A DNA stretch of 62,668 nt, the filler included, from Dugesia japonica (Eukaryota), in NCBI GenBank assembly GCA_001938525.1. It is 6 parts of 6 records of this genome, joined end to end, with 100 filler letters (N's around TTAATTAATTAA, not from the genome) between each part and the next. Parts side by side here need not be neighbours in the genome. Positions count along the whole stretch, not along the records: positions 44,595 to 53,171 come from MQRL01341104.1; positions 53,272 to 62,668 come from MQRL01498841.1; 4 more parts are not named here. One strand, written 5' to 3'. The translations under genes and the position numbers were made by a program. Numbering within the stretch: the first letter of the stretch is position 1; every line of letters begins with the position of its first letter. The notes below the pieces were generated by a model. The model saw nothing but the letters and a program-made list of their open reading frames with translations. It searched no databases and was not told the origin of the DNA. Of this stretch, positions 44,691 to 54,628 are shown in pieces.

Positions 44691-47309
44691 TTTATTATAC
44701 TATATGGTTTATTTAGATTTTTGAGTTTATTTTTTTTTAAGTATATTTAACTTAAATCATGCTTGTAGTGATCATTGGCTTTATGACTGTATTGAAAAGA
44801 GTAATCAAGAAATCTCAATGAAATAAATAAATCGAATGTATTGAATACTTGTATTAAATTTGATGAATTTATAGATTATATTTATTATCTTAAATAGATT
44901 GAGTATATTATACGGCTTAATTGTATCAAGTAATTGAATTTATTAATTTTATTGAATGTATTAAGTTAATTTTAATAAATTGGTTTCGAAATTTTATGTT
45001 AGATTATAATTTTTGTGTGATTTATGTAACTTTTATATGTTTTTTTAATATTTACTATGAATTTCAAATTTTTATGTTAGATTAGTGTGACGGATTCTAA
45101 TGTTTATATGTTGGAACAATATTTTCTATGTCAGATGTTTAATTTTTCCTATGTCAGATTAAAACTTTGTGTTATAGATTCTAATTTTTGAATTTTTTAT
45201 GCTCAGCATTAATTTTTTATGTGTTTGATTAAAATTTTAGTGTATTAGTTTCAAATTTTTACAAAATATTTAGATTTTTGTATAATGGGTTTATTCAATG
45301 TGATGGGCTGTCTAAAAGGTTCAGATTTTCATATATTAATTTTGAATTTTAAAGTGTTGGCTTTGAAGTTTAATATATTAGTTTTCGATTTCGTTTCAAG
45401 AGTTTAATTTTTATGTAATGTTAAAATTTACTTTTAAGTGTTGATAGTTTACTTTTGAGTGATTTAATTAGTTTCACATGTTTTAATTTTAGTGTAATGG
45501 TTAAGATTTTAGTGTGATGGATTATAATTTACATATGATGAGATAAATTTTCATATGACTGGTTAAGAAATTTAGTGTTTCGGTTAAGAATTTTAATGAA
45601 TTGATTTCCAATTTAATGTCATGAGTTTATTATTTTCCTTTTGAGTATTAATCTTTATATGTTGGCTTTGGATTTTTTGTGATATATGTTACTTTTTTGT
45701 ACGTTGGTTTTCAATTTTTGAGTATTGGTTTTGAATTTTTATGTAATATATTATAATTTCTATGTATAGGATCATAATCGTTTGTATGTCAGCTTTGAAT
45801 TTTTATGTGTTGAGTTAAGTTTTATATAATGGTTTATAATTTTTAGTCTGATAAGTTAAATTTAGTGTGATAGATTTCAATTTTCATATGTAAATTAAGA
45901 ATTTTAATGTATTGGTTAAGAATTTTACACGATGGATTGTTATTTATGTCTTGGATTAAATATTTTAACTAGGTTACGATGATCGAACTCAAATCTATTA
46001 ATCAAAGTATGCCTCTTAGAGACTTTAGACTTAATTATTAGTGAAAGACTTTTATTAAATCTACTTATCCATATGATTCTTATGATTATATAAGTGTATG
46101 ATATAAGTATCATATTAGATTATGCGAATGATTGATAGATGATTAATACGATTTGTGAGAAAAAATAGAATTAGTAAGTTGAGGTTGAGTTTTCATGAAT
46201 GAAATTCTATTGTCCTGGTCAAAATTTTTCAACAAATTGTTTATTGAATATATATATTTTAATGGGTGGTATAAGGTTCTATATGATATAATTATTAAAT
46301 AAATTGAATGTATGATGGTTAATTGTATCAAAAATTTAATTATGTATTTGTATGAAATTACTATATATTTTAGTAAAAATTTAGATTTGTGTAGAATTGT
46401 ATAAAATGAGTATATATTCTATTGAAATTTAATGCTTATTTTAATGAAATTTATATTTTTGATGATTAAGCTATTAATTTTCACGTTAAAACCAATATCT
46501 TCTATGATGACTCGCATATATTCTGAGATGAATCGTGTATTTTCATGATGAAGTGTCTATTTTTCATGATAAAGTAACTAAATGTCCCTTATGGATATTA
46601 GAATTTATACAGTAAGTAGTGATTACCATACAGTTGACTCTTGTTGTGTTGCATGTATATTGTACTCATATTGAACTCATATTGTATTTATACTATGCAT
46701 GTATGAGAAAAAGTCATAACTGAATAGATTAAATGGGTTTAAATGACTAATTTTAAGTTCACTATACTTTGTATGTTTGATAGAATCAATAAATATCTGT
46801 AAGAACAGCACACAGTTTGTACAAAATGCTATATTTTAGCAAACTTATTAAAATTTATAAATGGTTCCATGACATTTGTATACTCCTCATCAAATTTACT
46901 GAAGATTTTATTGAAAATGAAGTATATTTGTGTTCAATGAAGTTTGAATTAAAGCGATATTATTGTAGTGAAAGTTTGGTTAGAATAGTATTAAAGTATT
47001 GTTACGTATGAAATATTTGTGTATGGTTGATTAAAATTGTTATATCATTCACGAGGTTGTGTAATCTTTATATATTTCTTAATGAAAATTCTTAATGAAG
47101 TTAGATGATACTTTTATTGAAATGAGTGAATAAAGTGAGTGAATGAGATGAATCAAATTTATTGAGTATTATGTTTGTTAATGAAGTGTATTGAGTAGAA
47201 TAAAAAAGTGGATCATGTATATTTAATGAATGTAGTGTATTGAGAGATCATAATTTTATGTACTGATTGCATGAATTAAGTAGATTAAGGGTATAAATAT
47301 ATTTATTAT

Positions 47310-47545
47310 TCATATACTTCTAGTAGTTTTTTGATAATTATTATACACTTCTAGTAACTTTAGGTAATGTTTTATACTTCTAGTAACTTTTTGAATTATT
47401 TTCATATTGTTTTACATAGGAATTTAAAGATTTTATCAACTTCTAGTAAATTTTCAAGAAATTTTGTATACTTCTAGTAAATCTTTAGGATTTTTAAAAT
47501 ACTTCTTGTAATTTTTAGACAAATTTCATATGACTTTAGTAAATA
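47310..47545. repeat. ~30-bp minisatellite
   Basis: Repeated ATACTTCTAGTAA core. Confidence 0.8.
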
Positions 47546-48578
47546 TTTGGCTTATTTTGCTAAGTTGATTAAGTGAATCAAGTATATGTTGAATGTATGA
47601 TCGATTGTATTACATTCATATTTATGTATATTAAGTGATGAGATTATTTATTGGTAACCTGTTGACATTTTTTATTGGTAAGCTGTTGGCATCAAATCCG
47701 TTGTTATGCATCTTTTCATAATATTATCATTGTTCTAAAAATTTTAATTAAATTCAAATTAATTTATAAATAAAATTTACTTCATTGATGTTTCCTTTCA
47801 ATAGAGTTTTATTCATTTTGTTTGTATTCATGTTCAGTATATCTAAAATAAAAAGTACAAAATATTTTTTCAAGAGAAATAAATAACTTACTTGTCAATA
47901 TTGATATGGAATTATGGAAAAATAATGTATATATATATACTGAATACGTAATCAACACACATAAACATATGGCATTTATTTTTTATTGTTACATAATTAT
48001 TGCATACATAAAACATGTGGCAATTTAGCTATTATCTCATCAATTTCGTAACAATTTTTCAAAAATAAAAGATAAAAACACGAGTCACTATATTAAGTAA
48101 TAAATATTTCATCTTGTAAACATTAAAATTCATAAATAACAAAACTATATTAATATACAATAAATAAAAAACATAACTAATTTTAAACTAAAATTTATTC
48201 ATTCCTTTTCATATTCTGCACATGACGTCTCCTTTCTAATTATAGTTTTAAATACATCGAAACATTATCATTAAGATTATTAATTAGAAATTCTTTACTA
48301 AAAACATTCCAATGATGATCTTCCAAATATTCCCGTAATGATTGATATTTTTTTAATGTTATTTATAATACTTATTACAATGAAAAACAAAATTAATGTA
48401 ATTAAATCAAATCACTATCCTTCAAAGAAATATTTCATTTTACTTAGATTAAATACAAATTCTAATAAGAATACTCTAGAATCATTTGTTTTACTGTATT
48501 AATTTAACTATAATTACATACATTTCTTCCAAACATGTATATAAATCGACACTTTTAGTCATTATTCATTATTTAAAA

Positions 48579-49001
48579 ATGCAAGTTACAAATGCTTCAA
48601 CTGTTGATGTCAAATATGGAAAACAACAAAACAATTACAAATGTGATATGGTTTTCAATAGGAAATCATTATTATATACATTTCAAGTACTATTTTATTC
48701 ATCAACAACTACTATCAACGTTTTGATTTAGAATCCAGTCAAGCTAAAAAGATGCATCTATAATATGCTCGTTTCTGAAATAAGCACAAATGATCAACAA
48801 ACGTTAAACGATCTATTTGTTAGAATCAATAAATTGATGAAAATAGAAGATGCCTGCTTTATAAGTTCAAAAGAAGACGATGGTGATGCATTTAATGTCA
48901 AATGCAATATCTCTGTGGAGATATCTGGATACAATAAACTAGAGAAGAATGTTAAACCTATTTGGAAAATAAAATCAATCCAAAGTTTATTTCTTGAATA
49001 A
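48579..49001 (+). pseudogene. Maverick accessory ORF of unknown function (one internal stop)
   Basis: ORFs 48486-48731 and 48765-49001 share a frame. GTATATAAAT at ~48538 lies upstream of ATG 48579. Confidence 0.4.
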
Positions 49002-49135
49002 ATATTATTATCTAACACGTTTTATTGGTTATATTATTTGTTATATTACTTTTACTTAGTTATTACTTTTTATAAAAATTGTTTTAAAACAAACATAAAA
49101 TAAAGTCAATTTATCAAAACTTTATTTATAAAAGA

Positions 49136-49898
49136 TTCAATCCCAGTGTATCCAGCGATTGATTTGTATGACATTTGTCAACTAAAATTAAAATATTAAA
49201 ATATATCAATAAAAATTGCAAAATTACTTAAAGTATTTGGATCTCTTTCGATTTTACATTGATGTTGTTTTCTTAGAGCAATTGCTAGAGCTTGTAGTTT
49301 GATATTCATTTGATTTTGATTTATTACTTCAGGACTTGAATAACTTAGATCGTCTTTGATATTATTTGTTAATGTTTGTTTTTCGTTTTCATAAAGCTCG
49401 TTTGCAACTGTTGGTAGATTCAGCTTGTAAAACTTTACTAGATTATCCATTATGGATGTTATATTTTTCAAAGTCTCTGTGTTGAATTAAAGTTTTTCCA
49501 TAAATTCTAATCTTCTAAGAATCACTAGACTATCCAGAAATTGAATTTGAATAAGAGCTTGTAGGCGAGCTTCCAATGACTTTTCCAACTGATGTTAATA
49601 TAGTATTATTTCATTATTTGAGATTTCCTCCATTGCATCAACAAATGGTTCGAGATTAAACACATTTCCCAAATTATCAGCCACATAAACTTTGCAATTG
49701 TAGAGATAATATTGATAGTTTAAGATAAACAATTTTTGGTTTCTTCTATAATCTTTGGAATCTTGGAACTTCCATGCCATTTCACGAAAGATTTCATGAA
49801 TTCATCATCATCGGCAATATCATCTTAATTATATAGCTCCAACTATTTCATCATTTCCTTCTGTTTCTCTGTCAACATTTTTATTTTATGACATCATG
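49136..49898 (-). pseudogene. Maverick accessory ORF of unknown function (decayed)
   Basis: ORFs 49595-49780 and 49196-49471 share a frame, separated by stops. Upstream CCAAT/ATTGG boxes and TATATAAA at 49910-49962. Confidence 0.55.
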
Positions 49899-49961
49899 AT
49901 AATTTAATTTAGTTTATATAGTTTAAAACACCCAATCAAAAATCATCTTGAATCTGATTGG

Positions 49962-50411
49962 TTAATAATCATGAATCAAACTTTTTAAATCTTTTATTAT
50001 TTCCTCAACTAATTACTAATAATAAAATGTTTTGATACCAAATAATACAATCTTTCCACTTGAAAAGACTTTAACATATATTGGATCATATTTTGTAAGT
50101 CTTAAGCCTGGAAATAATTCGGGTTCATACATACACTTGATTTTTCTTGCTAAATCACTTATATTAACAGATTGTTTTAAATTGATTACAATTGTTAGCG
50201 ACTGTAATTGAATATCTTTGATATCGTATTGTAATTCCTTTGGTTTTATTGGTTTTTTATATCCCATTACTCTACAGTTTCCGGTTTGGAAGAATACGAT
50301 CGTATACTTGCCAGTTTTCTCCACAACTTGAGCTCGTTTTCGTATTGAAAATTTCATTTTGTTGACGACTTCTTGATCCACTTTCCCTTTGTAATTTATA
50401 TTTGCAATCAT
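49962..50411 (-). pseudogene. Miniature intronless TATA-binding protein (TBP) homologue within Maverick, with two nonsense codons before the last helix
   Basis: Repeat 1 IANINYKG..TIVFFQTGNCRVMG. Repeat 2 DIQLQSLT..MYEPELFPGLRL..VKVFSSGKIVLFG. The frame continues past TAG TAA as LVEEIIKDLKSLIHDY*. Confidence 0.88.
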
Positions 50412-50443
50412 TATTAATGACTAATAGATTTTCAAAAAGGATA

Positions 50444-50459
50444 TTTATACATGTATAAA
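50444..50459. promoter_or_regulatory. Palindromic bidirectional TATA element
   Basis: TTTATACATGTATAAA is a perfect 16-bp palindrome between the divergent ATGs at 50411 and 50503. Confidence 0.65.
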
Positions 50460-50502
50460 CAATAATAATTAAAGGGATACGTTTAAACAAGTATAAATTA
50501 TA

Positions 50503-51115
50503 ATGGAATTAAGAAATTATGAAGTCTATCAAATTGTTGGTCCAAGTGGTAGTGGAAAAACTCTGCTTGTATGCATATTATTGAATTCAAATTTATTCAA
50601 GTCAAAATTTAACAAAATAAATTGACATAGAGGAGCAGATGAGGAGCATGGATTGACTTAATCTGAATTTAGTGGTATAAAAATGACCATTATAAATTAA
50701 TTCGATGAAAATTGGAGCAAGAGATTAACTAATGGTGATGTTATTGTTGTTGATGATCTGTATCAGGAAGCAAACAAGGAAAAAAGTCATCGAGAAAAAA
50801 GATATTGAGACATTGTGGTGTTATCTGATATTCATTACACAAAATCTATTTCATCAAGGTAGTGATCATAGAACTCGTTATTTAAATGTGCAATACTTGG
50901 CTATATTCAAAANTCCAAGAGATCAAACTGTTGTTGATTTTCTAGCAAAACTAGCGTATCAAAATAATAGACAATTTCTATTGGATTCATTTAAATATGC
51001 AACAGCAAGACCACATGGATATATTTTTCTGAATTTTATACAGCAATGTCCAAATGATTTAATAGTTTAAACTGATATTTTTAATTCAAAAAGTGTTGCA
51101 GAGTATAAAAAATAA
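50503..51115 (+). pseudogene. Maverick/Polinton A32/FtsK-like packaging ATPase (decayed)
   Basis: IVGPSGSGKT, Walker B VIVVDDL, IFITQNLFHQG..RTRYLNVQYLAIFK.PRD, ATARPHGYIF. Confidence 0.92.
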
Positions 51116-51137
51116 AGGTAAGTTGAAATAATTACAA

Positions 51138-51412
51138 ATGTCTAAATTTACTAAAGTTTTAGTTGAGCCAAAAAGGATTAATTAAACCAAGAAAGTTTGA
51201 AGAAATCAACAATCAAGTCAACAATGATGTAAGTATTTCAAATTATATCAATTCTATAAAGAATGTAATAAAAAGTCTATAAAGAGTCAATCAAGGAAAC
51301 AATCATAGAAATTATCAAAAATTGTGAATAAAACAATCAAAGATTGCGAAAAAGAATGAAAAGATAAAGATTCAATCGACTGGGAAATGGATAAAGCTAT
51401 AAACAATGTATA
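51138..51412 (+). pseudogene. Small decayed Maverick ORF
   Basis: MSKFTKVLVEPK.. between the ATPase and the next ORF, preceded by GTATAAA. Confidence 0.35.
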
Positions 51413-51434
51413 AATGTGTTAATTAATAAATATT

Positions 51435-51755
51435 ATGTCATTTCAACAAAGTCTTCCTTATTTAAAATTATTGTTAAAGACTCCATGAGAGTCGACAGTG
51501 AAAATGTTACAGGCCTTTCCAATGTTTTTTATTGATGATTTATTAGAAATTGTTGTAAATATTGTTCGTGGTAATTTATTTCTAAACAAAGTGAAAACGT
51601 TGGCATTACAACGTCATAAAAGATCGTTGCTTTCACTTGTTAATACAAAGAAAAAGAGATTATTGAGAAAAATAATGTATAAGCGAACAGGTGGATTTCT
51701 TGCGGCATTACTACCAATTGCATTAACAGCATTAAGACTTACAAATCTAATATAA
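51435..51755 (+). pseudogene. Maverick/adintovirus small virion protein with GGFL motif
   Basis: LPYLKLL..LLEIVVNIVRGN..KRTGGFLAALLPIAL matches the conserved Polinton small basic protein (E...N.L.GN ... Q.GGFL..LL). One stop. Confidence 0.75.
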
Positions 51756-51814
51756 ACAATGGGTAATTCAGAATCATTGACACATATTTATCTGAAATTT
51801 ATATCTAACGGTTG

Positions 51815-52560
51815 TAATTGAAATAATATCGACAGACCCAAAAAATCTAGCAGGATTCAAGGGAGAAGAAAAACTAAGGAAAACAACAAAAAGCTNGAAA
51901 AGCGAGACGAAAAGGTGGTTATCGAGCTAGTTATCGTACAGTCTGAACAAACCAATGCTGAATAGATTTCCAACAAGATTGTATAAAACATTTGGTATTG
52001 ATGATTTATGGCAAATGGATTTAATGGAGATGATTCCATTTTCAAAAATTAATAAAGGAAACAAGTATATTCTAATATGTGTTGATGTATTTAGTAGATT
52101 TGCAAGAGCTCTTCCAGTAAAATCAAAATCTGCTAATGATATAGAAGATCTATTAAAAACATTGTTTAAAAACGAACATCCAGACAATTTACAAACTGAT
52201 TTGGGAAAAGAATTCTATAATTCAAAAGTCAAGAATATTATTTCACATCTCAAAATCAATCATTACTTTGTATTCTCACAATACAAAGCAACATATGTTG
52301 AAATATTAAGTCGAACATTGAGAGATGCATTGAAAAGGTATTTTGTATATACCGATAATAAGACCTGAATACACGTCTTATCAAAAATAATTGATAGTTA
52401 TAATCATACAAGTTATAAAGGATTAAATGGAGCAAGACCTGTTAATGCATCATCAGATAATTCATTGAAATTATGGCTATCTAAACAAGATACCAAAGTA
52501 ATCAAGAAACCTAATATATATTGTAATATATTATATATTTTGTCAAACAAAAGTATTTCC
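51815..52560 (+). pseudogene. Maverick retroviral-like (rve) integrase (decayed)
   Basis: SYSLNKP..FPTRLYKTFGIDDLWQMDLMEM..NKYILICVDVFSRFA..LQTDLGKEFYN..KATYVE..RTLR..YNH. Confidence 0.95.
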
Positions 52561-52564
52561 AGAG

Positions 52565-52902
52565 CATAATAACTACAACTCAAGGAACTATTGAATTCAT
52601 TGTACCTAAAAAACCGCAATTTTTTTAACTATCATCATCAAATATTCATATATAGTAATATTGTTGAACCTGTTATTGTTGGCGATGTTAGTGTTCTTTT
52701 TTTGAAATCTGTATAGTTGGAGAATTATGAAGCTGATCAAATAATTTAGATAATAGTCAAGAATCCAATGTATTTAACTATTGCAACATCATGTATAAAC
52801 AATATAAAAATCAATATACGAGACGATAATGGTTATTTAATTAACTTGACTGAAGACTCAAAAACTCATTTAACGCTACATTTTAGAAAAGTAAATGTAT
52901 AA
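52565..52902 (+). pseudogene. Maverick minor capsid (penton) C-terminal part
   Basis: IFIYSNIVEPVIVGDVSV.FLKSV..NPMYL..INNIKINIRDDNG.LIN..LTLHFRK. Confidence 0.8.
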
Positions 52903-53171
52903 TTCTGATATTGTAGCATTATATAGTACCAGTCAAGCTGGTGGAGAATTACCTTACTTTGTAGGAAAACAATATGGATCTGGATGATTGTAAACAATTG
53001 ATCGATTTGCTTTCCCTATTCTTGGTATTATTGACGCTATTGGTATGAAAACAGCTCAAGATGTAATTTTAAATAATGCAAAAGTTATACCATCATTAAA
53101 AGCAAATGTAATGTCTGAATTCAATAATTTTATGTCTTCAGAAGAACTCTCGAAAATGATTTTAAAAAATC
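52896..53171 (+). pseudogene. Maverick/adintovirus Gly-motif core protein (decayed, cut by linker)
   Basis: YSTSQAGGELPYFVGKQYGSG*L*TIDRFAFPIL resembles the Y..Q.G.G..Q.G.G..FR...P.L family. Confidence 0.7.
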
Positions 53172-53271
53172 NNNNNNNNNNNNNNNNNNNNNNNNNNNNN
53201 NNNNNNNNNNNNNNNTTAATTAATTAANNNNNNNNNNNNNNNNNNNNNNNNNNNNNNNNNNNNNNNNNNNN
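53172..53271. other. Artificial contig linker
   Basis: N44-TTAATTAATTAA-N44. Confidence 0.97.
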
Positions 53272-54060
53272 ATAAGGGTTTGAAGGTTGACCAATAGTTT
53301 CGAAGTCCAAAAATAACCGCCAATGAAAAGAAAGCATGTGACCGTTTGGCCAATAAAAGTGTCGAAAATTTATATTCACCAATGGAATAAACGGGGGTGT
53401 AGAAAAAACCGGTATAAATACCGATGAAAATTTCACAAAACTTAACACTTTTAACCAGAAAAATATTGAGTTAATCGGAAAAATTTTACTTTCACAAAGG
53501 TAATTATTTTTCATCAATTCATGATATGGCGATTTCCGACTCGAGAAGAAACGGCAATGGTGGGCTCCTCAAATCGTTAATTTCAACAAAAAATCTGCAA
53601 TCAAAATGTTGAGCTTGCTCCAAATCGGGATCCAGGCTACGTTACTTTTGTTAATTATGTTAACCATTAAATTATTGTGTCTCAAGTGAAATTTTAAATC
53701 ATAATATATTTTTCACTTACAAATTCTTTTTGTTTTTCAGAATTGTTAAATATCTATTACGATTATAATCAATTATAGAGTAACGGAAACTTATTAGCGG
53801 ATAATAGTAAAGGCAAATTGTGATTAGGAATTAAGCGAGTATCATGTGAAACGAACCCGAATCGAAGGAGTGCGAGTCTGTACTCGGATTACGAGTCAAC
53901 GGCTTCATTCCGAAGATCTGGATTTTTTGGGGACACCAGATTCAAATTCATCGCGGGGTTTTACCAGGTTAATTACCCTAGACTACATTTCATATAAAAT
54001 TCGACCCCCCTAGATTTAAGGCATACAAGAATTCAACCCATCAAGGGTAAAACCGCAACA
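53272..54060 (+). mobile_element. Probable long LTR (promoter, intron, structured 3' end; copy 2)
   Basis: CCAAT at 53291, 53320, 53350 and 53379. TATAAATA at 53413. AAG|GTAATT donor at ~53500 and TTTTCAG acceptor at 53740. The 3' 340 bp is shared with 22073-22408 and ends ..CAACA. Confidence 0.6.
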
Positions 54061-54120
54061 GAATAATTATTAACAAAATTAATTTAAGTAGAATATGGCG
54101 AGAAAATTAGTAGGTAATAC

Positions 54121-54270
54121 CAACAACCAATAAGAATGAAGTAAGTTACAAAACCGATCAATGGAAAAGTGATAAGAAATGAGATAAATAGACCAATCGG
54201 AGAGGAGACAGTGTTAGAAGAGAGCAGATTAGAAAAGTATATAAACAAATAAAATTCGCAGTAGAATCAG
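54121..54270 (+). promoter_or_regulatory. CCAAT + TATA promoter upstream of pPolB
   Basis: ACCAAT (~54126), GACCAATC (~54191), TATATAAA (~54238). Confidence 0.5.
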
Positions 54271-54628
54271 ATTTTTAATTTCATCATTATTTACATTTAC
54301 CAGAAATTTTTTATACTCGTGAGTAATTGTTCAAATAAAACTCGTGCACACCGTATGCATTTATCAATTAAAACTCAATGTGATGTAAAGATTTAAAGTG
54401 CTGATGCCAATGTATCTCTTACATATATGTGCTGTTCTAATTTTTCTGTCATGATTGAAGGAAGTGTTTGTTTGAACGTATTTTGTTTATTATAGGTTTG
54501 ATTAAAACGAACAAATGCGATTGTGAATGTTTTATTTAAATGAAGTTTATCTGATATAATAGTATTATAGTTTTTATATTTTATTGGTTATAATAATTTA
54601 GTTTAAGAATTATTTAATTTAGTCAATC

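Noticed and set aside
53723-54060. Repeat interpreted as the left Maverick TIR
   Set aside because: It does not match the 59090-59909 terminus and ends in CAACA like an LTR.
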